Assembly (NCBI GenBank): GCA_964252075.1
Contig: CAXULY010000023.1
Coordinates: 22,846-86,845, forward strand
Length of the DNA: 64,000 bases
Direction: 5' to 3'
Source: an uncultured Deinococcaceae bacterium
GTDB lineage: Bacteria; Deinococcota; Deinococci; Deinococcales; Deinococcaceae
A model generated the notes under the pieces. The model was not told the origin of the DNA. It saw nothing but the letters and a program-made list of their open reading frames with translations, and did not search any database. This document shows positions 23,704-33,937 of the stretch, piece after piece. Position 1 is the stretch's first letter. Each line of letters begins with the position of its first letter. A program made the translations under genes and the position numbers.

Positions 23704-23902
23704 CGCGGCCAGTGTAGCAAAGCCCCACCGGCCTCACGCACGAAATGTGGCGCGCGGTGACGGGGCAGGTCCGCCGCACGATCCGGGCTGGAGGGAGGAC
23801 ACCCCCACACCTGGGGGCTCTCGCGGTGCCTCACCTCCATGAGGCACCGCAGCCCTCGACAGCCCGACGGGAAAAGCCCAGGGTGCTGATGGATGGCCCA
23901 AA

Positions 23903-23951
23903 TGGTGAGGGACGGTGATGGGACCTACGGCCCCATCACCGTCCCTCACCA
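23903..23951. terminator. 20-bp stem hairpin downstream of murA
   Basis: tggtgagggacggtgatggg/cccatcaccgtccctcacca. Confidence 0.75.
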
Positions 23952-23955
23952 GCAA

Positions 23956-25242
23956 TCAGTCCATCGCGGTGGCGAGGGCCGGTTCCGACTGGTAGGCGCG
24001 CGCGCCGACGCCGCGCAGGCGCTCGGCGAGGCGCTCGTAGCCGCGGTTGATGTACTGCATGCCGTCAATGATGGTCTCACCGTCGGCGGCGAGGGCCGCG
24101 ACGACCAGCGCCGCGCCCGCGCGGATGTCGGCGGCGCGCACGGGCGCGCCGTGCAGGGCGCCGCCCTGGATCACCTGGGTGTGCTCCGCCACCACAATCT
24201 GCGCGCCCATGCGGTTCAGTTCGACGACGTGCGTGAGGCGCTCGGGGTAGATCTTGTCCACCACCACGCTGGTGCCGGGCACAGTGGCGAGCAGCGCCCC
24301 CATCTGAGGCTGCAGGTCCGTCGGGAAGCCGGGGAACTCCAGCGCGGTGACGTTGGTGGGGCGCAGGTCGCCGTGCGTGGCGTCCACGATCAGGCTGTCA
24401 CTGCTCTCCAGGATCTGCACGTTCATTTCGAGCAGCTTTGCGGTGATGGCGCGCACATGCGCGGGCTTGATGTTGGTGAGGGTGAGGCGGCTGCGTGTGG
24501 CGGCCGCCGCGATCATGAAGGTGCCCGCCTCGATGCGGTCGGGGATGACGGTGTACTCACCGCCGCGCAGTTCACGCACGCCCTGCACCACGATGGTGTT
24601 GCTGCCCGCCCCCTGGATGTCCGCGCCGAGCGTGTTCAGGAAGTTCACCATGTCGACGACGTCCGTGTCGATGCTGGCGTTCTCCAGGGTCACGGTGCCG
24701 TTGCCGAGCACGCCCGCCAGGATGGCGTTCTGCGTGCCGCCCACGGTCAGCATCTCGAAGACGTAGCGGCCCGAGAGGGCGCCGGGGCGCTCCGCGTGGA
24801 AGCTGCCGCCCTCGTCCGCGACCTGCGCGCCGATGGCGCGGAAGGCCTTCACGTGCTGGTCCACCGGGCGGTGCCCGAAGGCACAGCCGCCGGGCATGCT
24901 GACTTTCGCCTCGCCCTCGCGGGCGAGGAGCGCGCCCATCACGATGAAGCTCGCGCGCATCTTGCTGACGAGCGCGTACGGCGCCTCGACGCTCACGAGT
25001 TCCGGCGTGTGCAGCAGCAGGCTGTTCGCCCCCACCCAGGCGTGGCGCGTGCCGAGGTGCGACACGATCTCCAGGATGGTGTACACGTCACTGAGACGGG
25101 GGATGCCGTGCAGCGTGATCGGCTCGCGGCTCAGCAGGCTCGCCATGATGATGGGGAGCGCGGCGTTCTTGCTGGGTTGAACCTGGATCTCGCCTTGGAG
25201 CTGGACACCGCCGGTGACGTGGAGGGGCGTGAGGTGCAGCAT
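23956..25242 (-). CDS. murA: UDP-N-acetylglucosamine 1-carboxyvinyltransferase
   Basis: SKNAALP, MRAS, PGGCAFGHRPVDQH, DRIEAGT, PGFPTDLQ. Confidence 0.97.
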   Translation of the reverse strand: MLHLTPLHVTGGVQLQGEIQVQPSKNAALPIIMASLLSREPITLHGIPRLSDVYTILEIVSHLGTRHAWVGANSLLLHTPELVSVEAPYALVSKMRASFIVMGALLAREGEAKVSMPGGCAFGHRPVDQHVKAFRAIGAQVADEGGSFHAERPGALSGRYVFEMLTVGGTQNAILAGVLGNGTVTLENASIDTDVVDMVNFLNTLGADIQGAGSNTIVVQGVRELRGGEYTVIPDRIEAGTFMIAAAATRSRLTLTNIKPAHVRAITAKLLEMNVQILESSDSLIVDATHGDLRPTNVTALEFPGFPTDLQPQMGALLATVPGTSVVVDKIYPERLTHVVELNRMGAQIVVAEHTQVIQGGALHGAPVRAADIRAGAALVVAALAADGETIIDGMQYINRGYERLAERLRGVGARAYQSEPALATAMD

Positions 25243-25434
25243 GAAGTCCTTTCAGACGGCCCTTGGGCCGTGGGGTGCGGGAATTGGGTGGTGGAGAACG
25301 TGCAACACATTCTCCTGCAACATCTTACACACCGTACTCATGGGCGTCTAGCAAGTTGGATTCTACCTGTAGTGTTCATGTTGAGCGTACACATCCGGCG
25401 TGCTAGGCTAAAACGCAAGCAGGAGAGCGTCAAT

Positions 25435-25659
25435 ATGCCCAAAAAAGAACGCAAGCGCCTACAGGTGGTGATTTCGGAGGAGCAGGACGCCCTCCTCACC
25501 AAGACAGCTTATGAGCTGTCGAGCCCGGAGCGCTTGATCTCCAAGAGCGAGGTGGTCCGACTGGCGATCGAGAAGATCGCCCGTGACCTCGGCGAGGGTG
25601 AGAGCGTCGAGGACTACAAGGCCCTGCTCGAAGACGAGGAAGTGCGCGACGAGCCCTGA
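25435..25659 (+). CDS. Small ribbon-helix-helix-like regulator
   Basis: KRLQVVIS...[18 protein letters not shown]. Confidence 0.75.
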   Translation: MPKKERKRLQVVISEEQDALLTKTAYELSSPERLISKSEVVRLAIEKIARDLGEGESVEDYKALLEDEEVRDEP

Positions 25660-25760
25660 AGTTCCGTTCCAGGCGGGCGGCCCCACATGCGGGTCGCCCG
25701 CCTTGCTGTGGGGCGCGGGTGGCCTCACGCCGAAGGGACTTCCGCTCTAGACTCAAGGGC

Positions 25761-27662
25761 GTGACGCGCACGCCCCTGCTGCTCGACCGCTACGCCCTGG
25801 AGGGGCTGATCGGTGAGGGTGGGAGCGCCGAGGTGTACCGCGCGCGTGACGCCCGCACCGGCCGCGAGGTGGCCGTGAAGCTGCTGTACGCGGGCGTGCC
25901 CGAGGCGGATCGGCGGCGCTTTGAGCGGGAGATCCGCACGCTGTCGAGCCTCACGCACCCCGGCGTGGTGGAGGTGCACGACCTGGGGGAACACGAGGGG
26001 CGCCTGTTCTTCGTGATGCCGCTCCTCACGGGCGGGCCGCTCAGCGCCCTGGGGCCGCTGGAGGACGAACCGACGGCGGTGGGGCGTTTCCTGACGGCGT
26101 CGGCCTTCGTGGCGCGCACCCTGCAGTACGTGCACGACCGGGGCGTCATTCACCGCGACCTGACGCCCAACAACATCCTGCTGGGGGACGACGGCCTGCC
26201 GCGCGTGATGGATTTCGGTCTGGTGTCGCTGGGCGAGATGACGCGCCACCTCACGCGCAGCGGCGTCACGCCCGGCACCCCGCACTACATGGCGCCCGAG
26301 CAGGCCAGGGGCGGCGCCGTGGGTTCCTGGAGTGACCTGTACGCGCTGGGGGCGGTGCTGTACCGCGTGGCGTGCGGCAGTCCACCTTTCGTGGGCGAGA
26401 ACGACCAGGCGGTGCTGTACCAGCACGTATACGAGGCGCCGCCGCACCCGCAGGACGTCAACCCGGCGGTGCCCGACACGCTCGCGGAGGTCATCATGGC
26501 GCTGCTCTCCAAGGACCCGAAGGCCCGGCCGGACAGCGGGGAGCGCGTCGCGGTGCTGCTGGAGGAGGCGCGCGAGACGGCGTGGCGGGTGGGGGCGGGC
26601 GGCCAGTACCGTGCGGGGCGCGGCCGGGGCGGCCTGTACCCGGGCGGCCCGGCGCGCGTGACGGCGCTGGAGGAACGCTGGGCCACCCCGGTGGGCGGCG
26701 AGGTGACGTGGCCGTCTGCGGTGACGGCCGGGCGGGACCTGATCGCGGTGGGGACCCGCAAGCGCCAGCTCACGCTGCTCAGCCAGTCCGGGCACCTGCA
26801 CGCCAGCCTCCGCGCGGACGACGAGGTGACGGCCCCCGCCACCTTGGAGGAAGGCGCGGTGGTGTTCGGGGCGTGGGACGGCACCCTGCGGCGCAGCACG
26901 CTGGACGGCCGCGAGGTGTGGCGTCACCGCACGCGCGCGGAGATCACGGGCGCACCCACCCGCTGGGGCGGCGCGTACCTCGTCACGTCGCGCGACGGGC
27001 ACTTGCACAGCGTGGGCGCGGAGCGCGGCGAGCTGCGCTGGGCCTACCGCGCCGAGGGCCCGGTGGCGGCCAGCCCGATCATCTGGGGGGGCAGCGTCTT
27101 TCTGGCGGACGAGGGTGGGTGGCTGCACGCGCTGGACGCGGGGAGCGGCGTGAACCTCTGGCGCGTGCAGCTGGACGCCGTGCACGCCACGCCTGCGCTC
27201 GCGCCGGTGTCCCGCGACGCCGCGATCCTGGTGGTGCCCACCTGGAAGGGTGAGCTGCACGCCCTGCGACTCACCCTGCAGGACGGCCGGTACCGCCCGG
27301 ACCCCAGCGAGCCGCTGCTGTGGACCTACGACCTGGAAGACGAACTGTGGGCCTCGCCCGCCATCGAGGGGGAACGCGTGCTGGTCGCCACGTGGGGTGG
27401 GCAGCTGAGCGCCCTCGACCTGCGGACCGCCGACGAACTCTGGACGCACCAGCTGTCCGGGCGCGTGACGGCCAGCCCGGTCATTGCGGGCGGCGTGGCG
27501 TACCTGGCGAGCGAGGCGGGTGAGGTGCTGGCGCTCAGCATGCACAGCGGCGAGGTGCTGTGGTCCCGGCGTTACCCGGTGGGCGTGCAGGCCACGCCAC
27601 TCGTCGCGGGCGGGACACTGTACGTGGCGTTCATGGATGGAATGTTACGTGCTTTTCGTTGA
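25761..27662 (+). CDS. rqkA: Ser/Thr protein kinase with PQQ-type beta-propeller (RqkA-like)
   Basis: [24 protein letters not shown]-terminal BamB/PQQ repeats. Confidence 0.85.
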   Translation: MTRTPLLLDRYALEGLIGEGGSAEVYRARDARTGREVAVKLLYAGVPEADRRRFEREIRTLSSLTHPGVVEVHDLGEHEGRLFFVMPLLTGGPLSALGPLEDEPTAVGRFLTASAFVARTLQYVHDRGVIHRDLTPNNILLGDDGLPRVMDFGLVSLGEMTRHLTRSGVTPGTPHYMAPEQARGGAVGSWSDLYALGAVLYRVACGSPPFVGENDQAVLYQHVYEAPPHPQDVNPAVPDTLAEVIMALLSKDPKARPDSGERVAVLLEEARETAWRVGAGGQYRAGRGRGGLYPGGPARVTALEERWATPVGGEVTWPSAVTAGRDLIAVGTRKRQLTLLSQSGHLHASLRADDEVTAPATLEEGAVVFGAWDGTLRRSTLDGREVWRHRTRAEITGAPTRWGGAYLVTSRDGHLHSVGAERGELRWAYRAEGPVAASPIIWGGSVFLADEGGWLHALDAGSGVNLWRVQLDAVHATPALAPVSRDAAILVVPTWKGELHALRLTLQDGRYRPDPSEPLLWTYDLEDELWASPAIEGERVLVATWGGQLSALDLRTADELWTHQLSGRVTASPVIAGGVAYLASEAGEVLALSMHSGEVLWSRRYPVGVQATPLVAGGTLYVAFMDGMLRAFR

Positions 27663-27741
27663 AGCTTCACTTCCAGGGCGTACCATAAGGGTGGCGGCGG
27701 AACCCCCGCAGCAGTTGGCGCAGAAGGCTTGGAGGTAGGTC

Positions 27742-28020
27742 GTGTTTGGTTTAGGCGCTCCCGAGATCATTGTGATCCTGATTGTGGCCCTCGTGATTTT
27801 CGGGCCGAAGAAGCTCCCCGAGCTGGGCAAGAGCCTGGGTCAGGGCATCCGTGAATTCAAGCGTGGCACCCAGAGCATGAAAGATGAGCTGGAGGGCAGC
27901 TTCAAGGACGAGCCCGCCGTGAAGGCCGCCCCCGCGGTCGAGACCATCAAGATTGAGCCCACCAAGGTGGACCCGATCAAGGTGGAGGCGACCAAGGCCG
28001 AGACCGTGCATCAGGGCTGA
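27742..28020 (+). CDS. tatA: Twin-arginine translocase TatA/E
   Basis: FGPKKLPELGKSLGQGIREFK. Confidence 0.95.
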   Translation: MFGLGAPEIIVILIVALVIFGPKKLPELGKSLGQGIREFKRGTQSMKDELEGSFKDEPAVKAAPAVETIKIEPTKVDPIKVEATKAETVHQG

Positions 28021-28114
28021 CCTGCTCCTTCAGGAGGGCGGACCGGCGTGCTGGTCCGCCCTCCTCCTTTCGCATGACGGGCGCAGCGGGCCGTCAAGGT
28101 AGACTGCCCGCAGC

Positions 28115-28726
28115 ATGAGCAGCTTCAGCCTGAACCCCGAGTACCTGCTGCAGACCTTCTCCTACGTGGGCCTGGGGGTGGTCCTGTTCGCGGAGACCGG
28201 CCTGCTGCTGGGGTTCTTCCTGCCCGGCGACACCCTGCTGATCCCGGCGGGCCTGTTCGCGGCGCGCGGGGACCTGAACCTGTGGGCCGTCATGGCGCTC
28301 GCGGCCGTCGCGGCCGTCGCCGGGAACCTCGTGGGCTACGCGGTGGGGCGGCGCTTCGGACCGCTGGTGTTCGCGCGCCAGAACCGCTTCTTCAAGCCGG
28401 AGTACGTGGAGCGCGCGCGCGAGTACATGCACGCGCACGGCAACCAGACCATCGTGCTGGCGCGCTTCATTCCCGTGATCCGCACGGTGGTGCCCACTCT
28501 GGCGGGCACCGTCGGCATGGATTTCCGGATGTTCGCGCTGCTGAGCGTGGTGGGCGGGGTGCTGTGGGGCGCGGGCGTGCCGCTGCTTGGGTACTTCCTG
28601 GGCCGCCTCGTGCCCGCCAACGTGCTGGACCGCTACATCCTGCTGATCGTGGTGCTGGTGCTGGTGGCGTCCTTCGTGCCGGTGGTGCTGGAGGTCCTGA
28701 AGCACCGCCGCGCCGCGCGCCCCTGA
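28115..28726 (+). CDS. DedA family membrane protein
   Basis: FAETG..GFFLPGD, LARFIP.IRT. Confidence 0.93.
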   Translation: MSSFSLNPEYLLQTFSYVGLGVVLFAETGLLLGFFLPGDTLLIPAGLFAARGDLNLWAVMALAAVAAVAGNLVGYAVGRRFGPLVFARQNRFFKPEYVERAREYMHAHGNQTIVLARFIPVIRTVVPTLAGTVGMDFRMFALLSVVGGVLWGAGVPLLGYFLGRLVPANVLDRYILLIVVLVLVASFVPVVLEVLKHRRAARP

Positions 28727-28729
28727 CCT

Positions 28730-29186
28730 TCAGTTGAGGTCGCGCGGTCGGTAACTCACCGCCTCCGCGAGGTGCGCTTCCGTCACGACCGCGCTGCCCG
28801 CGAGGTCCGCGACGGTGCGCGCCACGCGCAGCACCCGGTCGTACCCGCGGCCCGTGAGGCCCAGCTGGCCCGCCGCCGCCTGAATGAAGGCCTGCGGGCC
28901 GCTCGCGAGCGCAGTGTGCTCGCGCAGCAGCGCGCCCTGCAAGAGGCTGTTGCGTTCGCCCTGGCGGCCCATCATGCGCTCGCGGCCCGCCTGCACGCGC
29001 GCGCACCACGCGGCTGGGTTCGCCCTCACGGGCGCGCGTGAGTTCATCCACCGTGAGGCGCGGCACGCGCACCACAAGGTCAATGCGGTCCATCAGGGGG
29101 CCGCTCAGGCGCCCCACGTACCGCAGGCGCTCGGCCGGCGTGCAGGTGCAGGCGCGCTCCGGGTCCCCGAAGTGCCCGCACGGGCA
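28730..29186 (-). pseudogene. comM: 3' fragment of comM/yifB (Mg-chelatase-like AAA ATPase), interrupted by prophage and frameshifted
   Basis: [24 protein letters not shown], then in another frame [16 protein letters not shown]...AEAVSYR. Confidence 0.9.
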
Positions 29187-29195
29187 CCCGTGCGG
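29176..29195. other. Prophage attachment junction (attL/attR)
   Basis: ccgcacggg-CA-cccgtgcgg inverted arms exactly where comM homology ends, 25 bp from the integrase stop. Confidence 0.75.
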
Positions 29196-29220
29196 ACAGC
29201 AAACAGCATGGTCTCCCCTT

Positions 29221-30720
29221 TCACACCCGGTAATGGACGTCGACGCTGCCGTCCGGCTGCACGGTGATGGACTCCACGAGTTCGTGCGCGAGCGCCTGCC
29301 ACTCGGTGTCGTTGAGGGTGTCGAGGCGGTCGCGGATGCGGTCGCTGAGGCTGAAGAGGTTCCGGGCGCGCGCCTCGGCGGTGGCCTGCTGCGCCGCCTG
29401 GTCGCGCAGACCCGCGAGGCGCAGCTGCAGGTCCGTGATCTGTTGATCGAGCGCCGCCTGACGCGTCAGGTACTGCCCTTTGCTGAGCGCGTCGCCGCCC
29501 AGGTACAGGTCCAGCAGGCGGTCGCGCGCGGCGCTGAGGTGCTCCAGCGTCCGCTCCGCCTGCCCCAGCTCCAGCGCGACGGTGTCCGTGCGGGTCGCCT
29601 CGCGCTGCGCGAGCGCGGCGGCGGGGTCCAACAGGATGCGCGTCAGGCTGGCGCGCACGTCGGCATCCAGCGCAAAGCCCGGCACGTGCGGGTTCGTGCA
29701 CCGCTCGGCGTCCGGCATGCCGCTGCGCAGCGTGCGCCCGCCGCACCGGTAGGTGTAGCCGCCCTTCGGGTTGGTGCTGCGGGTGCCGATGTACGTTCGC
29801 CCGCACGCGCCGCACTTCACGAGGCTCTTGAGCATGTAGGTGTGCTTCGCGTTGCGCATGGCCATCAGGGCGTTCCGGGACAGCTGGTCCTGCGCGCGCT
29901 CCCATGTGGCCTCGTCGATCAGGGCCGGTGCAGCGCCCACGGTGAGGGGCGCCGCGCTCTTCTTGCCGGCGCGCGCGTTGCGCTTGCCGTACAGGTACTC
30001 GCCCTTGTACGCGGGGTTTTTCAGGATGCGCAGCACGCCGCCGTGTCGCCAGTGCACGGCGGTGGTCTCGCCGCGCACGCCGCGGCCATCCTTCCGGTAG
30101 TGCGTGGGCACGCCCAACGCCGTGAGGTGCTCGGCGATGCGGATGGTGCTCAGGCCGTGCTCGACGCACAGCTGGAAGATCAGCCGCACCACGTCGGCGC
30201 TCTCCGGGTGCTCGACGAGCACGCCGTCTTCCACGCTGTACCCGTACGCGACGATGCCGCCGGCGTACTTGCCCTTCTCGACGGCCTTGCGCAGGCCGTG
30301 TTGGGACCGCTCGATGAAGGTGTCGCGCTCCCACTCGGCGAACACCGCCATCATGCCGAGGATGGCCTTTCCGATCGGGTTGGTGGTGTCGATCATCGGC
30401 TCCGCGAAACTCTTGAGGGCCACGCCGTGCTTCCCGAGTTCCTCGATCAGGCTGTAGGCGAGCTGCACGCGGCGCGCGAGGCGGTCGAGGCGGTAGACCA
30501 GGAGCCCGTCGAAGGCGCGGACCTCCGCGGCGCGCAGCAGGCGCTGCAGGTCCGGCCGTTCCGCTGTGGCGCCGCTGTGGCCGGGATCGGTGTAGGCGTG
30601 CACGACCTCGTACCCCTGCGCGCTGGCGTACCGCTCGAGCGTCGCCAGTTGCGCTTCCAGGCTGTGGTTCCCCACCTGCTCGTCGGTGCTGACGCGGGTG
30701 TAGAGGGCGGCGCGGATCAC
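29221..30720 (-). CDS. Large serine recombinase (integrase)
   Basis: YTRVST, DPGHSG, RLDRLAR, recombinase domain, Zn ribbon CGACG..YRC..C, coiled coil; GTG start with GGAGG. Confidence 0.95.
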   Translation of the reverse strand: MIRAALYTRVSTDEQVGNHSLEAQLATLERYASAQGYEVVHAYTDPGHSGATAERPDLQRLLRAAEVRAFDGLLVYRLDRLARRVQLAYSLIEELGKHGVALKSFAEPMIDTTNPIGKAILGMMAVFAEWERDTFIERSQHGLRKAVEKGKYAGGIVAYGYSVEDGVLVEHPESADVVRLIFQLCVEHGLSTIRIAEHLTALGVPTHYRKDGRGVRGETTAVHWRHGGVLRILKNPAYKGEYLYGKRNARAGKKSAAPLTVGAAPALIDEATWERAQDQLSRNALMAMRNAKHTYMLKSLVKCGACGRTYIGTRSTNPKGGYTYRCGGRTLRSGMPDAERCTNPHVPGFALDADVRASLTRILLDPAAALAQREATRTDTVALELGQAERTLEHLSAARDRLLDLYLGGDALSKGQYLTRQAALDQQITDLQLRLAGLRDQAAQQATAEARARNLFSLSDRIRDRLDTLNDTEWQALAHELVESITVQPDGSVDVHYRV

Positions 30721-30751
30721 CTCGCCCTCCTCCGTGCCTCCACCGTGCTGA

Positions 30752-31417
30752 TCACATCCACGCCACGCCCACCAGGTGCGTGCTTTCCCGGACCGGCGTG
30801 ATGGTGACCTTCGCCCATCTGGGGAACCGCTGGCGCGGTCGGGGCACGTATTCCATCCAGGAGAACGGAAGGGACAGGTTGCAGGTTTCGGTGGCCACCA
30901 CGTGCCGGCCACGAATGATGAACCCGGCGCGTTCATTCGCCGGGTCGTCGTACACAATGCGCCTGAGTGCGACCTCGGTTCTCGCTCCGGACGTGCGGCT
31001 CAGGTGCATCACCGCCCCGGCCGTCACGCCGTACTTCCGCACGGCGGCATCGACGAGGGGCTGCGGGATCTGCAGGAACGCTTCGGCCTGCCGGCACAGG
31101 TGCTCGACGATCTCCCATCCGGTCTCGGTGCCGTAGTGATAGAGGATCTGGTCTTCGAGGCCGCTCCAGTAGAGGAAGACGTGGCCAATCTCATGGCGGA
31201 TGGTGTCGTTGCTCCAGCCGTAGTACCAGGGCTGCACCACGATGGTGGGACGAGGTTCGGCTTCGGGGATGGCGTAGTTGTACTCGCCGACGCGGATTCG
31301 CATGTCGAAGAAGCGCGCGAGGCAATAGGCGTTCATTTCGTGGCCGGAGTACGACTGGAGCGCCTTGATGTACTTGATGAAGTCGGCAGGCAGGAGTTCG
31401 AGGTTGTAGTGACTCAC
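30752..31417 (-). CDS. ImmA/IrrE family Zn metallopeptidase
   Basis: HEIGH (HExxH), downstream E..C...A..L.IP; GTG overlaps the repressor stop. Confidence 0.85.
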   Translation of the reverse strand: MSHYNLELLPADFIKYIKALQSYSGHEMNAYCLARFFDMRIRVGEYNYAIPEAEPRPTIVVQPWYYGWSNDTIRHEIGHVFLYWSGLEDQILYHYGTETGWEIVEHLCRQAEAFLQIPQPLVDAAVRKYGVTAGAVMHLSRTSGARTEVALRRIVYDDPANERAGFIIRGRHVVATETCNLSLPFSWMEYVPRPRQRFPRWAKVTITPVRESTHLVGVAWM

Positions 31418-31968
31418 TTCGGGAGCCACCTCCGGTTCATCAGGAAGTACTCGAACCACTGGTCCGCCGTCTGCGGTCCCTGGGAGTGACCGGCGAACAG
31501 GCGCGGCGCGGAAAGCGCGCGCACGGTCACTTCGTTCTTCAGTTCGGAGTACTTGCCGCTGTGCTCGTCGATCATTTCCTGCAGGGCGGGGGGGATGACG
31601 AGTGGGAGTTTGATGTAGTCCACGACGGGTGGAATGGGGGCGCCCCTCCATTTCTTCAGGTCGCCGCTCGCCGGTTCGGTGTCTTCATCGGGCATGGGGA
31701 TGCCGAGGTCGACGCCTGTGCCGCGCTGAAGTTCGGGGAGGGTCCAGTTCAGGATGGCCGCGAGGCGGATCAGGCGGTCCGTGGCGATCCCAGTGAGTTT
31801 CTGCACCCCACGTTCGATCTGGCTGACCAGGCTTTGGGACACGTCCGCGCGCAGGGCCAGCTCTTCCTGGCTCAGCCCGATTTCCTCGCGGCGCGCCTTG
31901 AATGCGCGCGCCCACTCGGGTTTTTCAGAACGTGGCCCTCGGGATGTCACTTGCCAGACTCCGTACAT
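31414..31968 (-). CDS. XRE family HTH prophage repressor (ImmR-like)
   Basis: RREEIGLSQEELA..ADVSQSLVSQIERG; no S24 autopeptidase motif seen. Confidence 0.9.
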   Translation of the reverse strand: MYGVWQVTSRGPRSEKPEWARAFKARREEIGLSQEELALRADVSQSLVSQIERGVQKLTGIATDRLIRLAAILNWTLPELQRGTGVDLGIPMPDEDTEPASGDLKKWRGAPIPPVVDYIKLPLVIPPALQEMIDEHSGKYSELKNEVTVRALSAPRLFAGHSQGPQTADQWFEYFLMNRRWLPK

Positions 31969-32135
31969 GCCATAGGACTACGCTACTGGCTTGTGGTAGG
32001 TTCCCCCTAGTAGATAACTGTTGACCACGTTTGAAGCGCGGGAGTAGAATTCTACTAACTGACCACGGCAGCCGGGGAGCATGACAACGGATCAGCATCA
32101 CCCCCTAGACTCACAGTTTTATACTGGGAGGCATC

Positions 32136-32375
32136 ATGGCCACACTCAAAGAACTGAGGGCCGAAGCGGGCATCAGCCGGGAGGAGTTCTCCCGGCTCAC
32201 CCAGCGGACACTCGCCTCCATCGAGAAGCACGAGCAGGGCAAGTACGGCATGAGCCTTCAGGCCGCCCTCGACTATTCCCTGACCCTTGGCCGACTGCTC
32301 TCCCGTACTCCCAGTAATCTACTAATGGAGATCGCGGAGGCGGAACGCCAGCACGAAAGCCAGGTGCTCCAGTGA
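32136..32375 (+). CDS. Cro-like HTH protein
   Basis: LKELRAEAGISREEF..., divergent from repressor; TATACT and GGAGG upstream. Confidence 0.8.
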   Translation: MATLKELRAEAGISREEFSRLTQRTLASIEKHEQGKYGMSLQAALDYSLTLGRLLSRTPSNLLMEIAEAERQHESQVLQ

Positions 32376-32572
32376 CGCGCAAGGCCACACCCGAACTGGT
32401 GATCCGCAGCCACTTCCACACGACCGACGACCGGCGCCACCAGCGCGCCGCCCTGACCTACCTCCTCAGTCATCCCTCCGGTCCTGCCCCAGCGGGCTTC
32501 ACGGACCAACCCGCCGCGCCCCCTTCCCCCGCGACGGGCCCCCTCTCGGCTATCAGCGCCAAGCGCGCCTAG
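32372..32572 (+). CDS. Hypothetical phage protein
   Basis: GTGA overlap with cro. Confidence 0.5.
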   Translation: MTRKATPELVIRSHFHTTDDRRHQRAALTYLLSHPSGPAPAGFTDQPAAPPSPATGPLSAISAKRA

Positions 32573-32629
32573 CAATCAAAAACCCCGCCCAAAGGGTCTA
32601 GAGCCCGGGCGGGGAGATCGGAGATCCAC

Positions 32630-33139
32630 ATGGATTCTACAGGAAGCCAGTCCTCACCTCGCCTTGTTGAACGGTTCAACTCAAAGGTGCGCATCACCAG
32701 CACCTGCCATGAGTGGACTGGGTACTGCGACCCCAACGGGTATGGTCGGTTCCGTACGCAAGGCGTCGTCACGTACGCGCACCGCTTTGCGTATGAGTTG
32801 CACAACGGGCCTGTGCCCGATGGCCTGCACGTCGACCACCTGTGCCGAAACCGAAAGTGCGTGAACCCAGCGCATCTACAGGCCGTGACCGTGCGCGAGA
32901 ACGTGATGCGCCCCAACAGCAACGCGGCCCCAGCACGGCGCGCGCGTGGAGAAGTGGTGACCAGCACCAAGGGGATATCCCGCCCCCGGCCACTTCAAGC
33001 GACCTGCAGGCAGGGGCATCCCATGTGCGGGGAAAACCTGTACGTCCGTCCCTCCGGGAAGCGCGTTTGCAGGGAGTGCATGCGACACCACCGCCGCGAG
33101 CATTACGCGCGCTCACAGAGCACGAGCGGACGCGCATGA
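32630..33139 (+). CDS. HNH endonuclease (homing-like)
   Basis: CHEWTG, AHRFAY, VDHLCRNRKCVNPAHL, C-terminal CxxGH...CxxC. Confidence 0.9.
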   Translation: MDSTGSQSSPRLVERFNSKVRITSTCHEWTGYCDPNGYGRFRTQGVVTYAHRFAYELHNGPVPDGLHVDHLCRNRKCVNPAHLQAVTVRENVMRPNSNAAPARRARGEVVTSTKGISRPRPLQATCRQGHPMCGENLYVRPSGKRVCRECMRHHRREHYARSQSTSGRA

Positions 33140-33345
33140 ATCGTGCGCCCGCACCTCCACATCTCGCCATGACCCCTGAAGAGGTGGCACAGGAGCTCCG
33201 GCTCGGACGCACCCAGGTCTTCGCGTTGCTCAAATCAGGCGCTTTACCGAGTTTTCAGATCGGGCGGTTGCGCCGCATACGGCGGTCCGATCTCGAGGCA
33301 TTCGTCGAACAACTGATTCAGCAAGAGAAGGAGCAGCGCGCATGA
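33136..33345 (+). CDS. Excisionase-like HTH (HTH_17) protein
   Basis: MTPEEVA..L.LGRT.VF.L..SG.LP....GRLRRI.R.DL. Confidence 0.88.
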   Translation: MNRAPAPPHLAMTPEEVAQELRLGRTQVFALLKSGALPSFQIGRLRRIRRSDLEAFVEQLIQQEKEQRA

Positions 33346-33695
33346 GCCAAAGCCAAAACCCGCGCTGGGCGCAAACACGCCCTTGCGCACGTCACCTGTT
33401 CCGCCATCACTACATGGCGACCATCCACGGGGACGAGGTGGCGCTCGACTTCCAGCCGCCCCTGCCCGCGCTGCCCGGTTCGCGCCTGCACCTCCTGCGC
33501 GGCACCTGTCCCGTTGGACAGGTGGACCACACGCTGCGCCAGTTGGAGCTGGAGCGCGGCGTGACCCTGGTGCCGGGCAACACCATCCGCCCGTACTTTG
33601 ACGAGGACGAGAACCGCTGGTACCCGCGCGCCGACCGCGCGCTGTTCCTCCTGCCGGCACGCCCGGCCTTCCCCACCCAGGACGGGGCGGCATGA
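33342..33695 (+). CDS. Hypothetical phage protein
   Basis: ATGA-coupled in early operon. Confidence 0.65.
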   Translation: MSQSQNPRWAQTRPCARHLFRHHYMATIHGDEVALDFQPPLPALPGSRLHLLRGTCPVGQVDHTLRQLELERGVTLVPGNTIRPYFDEDENRWYPRADRALFLLPARPAFPTQDGAA

Positions 33696-33937
33696 CGGCC
33701 ATCCTTCCCCGCACCATCCTGGTGCGCCGCGTCGGCCCGTTGGTGGAGACGCCGCGCGAGGTGGCGCTGAACGAGTTCACCGCGCTGCTGTGCCGCGCCC
33801 GCATGAGCGCCCGCCTCGGCCTGCCCGCGCCGCTCCTCGGCAGCGGGTACCGCCCGAGCAGCTGGTGCCAGGAGTGCCACGCCGTGCATTACGAGCCCGG
33901 CACCATCTGCCCCGCGTGCCTGGAGCGGCGCCGATGA
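33692..33937 (+). CDS. Small Zn-finger-like protein
   Basis: CQECH...CPAC; ATGA-coupled. Confidence 0.6.
   Translation: MTAILPRTILVRRVGPLVETPREVALNEFTALLCRARMSARLGLPAPLLGSGYRPSSWCQECHAVHYEPGTICPACLERRR

Noticed and set aside
31969..32135. RDRM in the phage immunity region
   Set aside because: No 17-bp match found by eye
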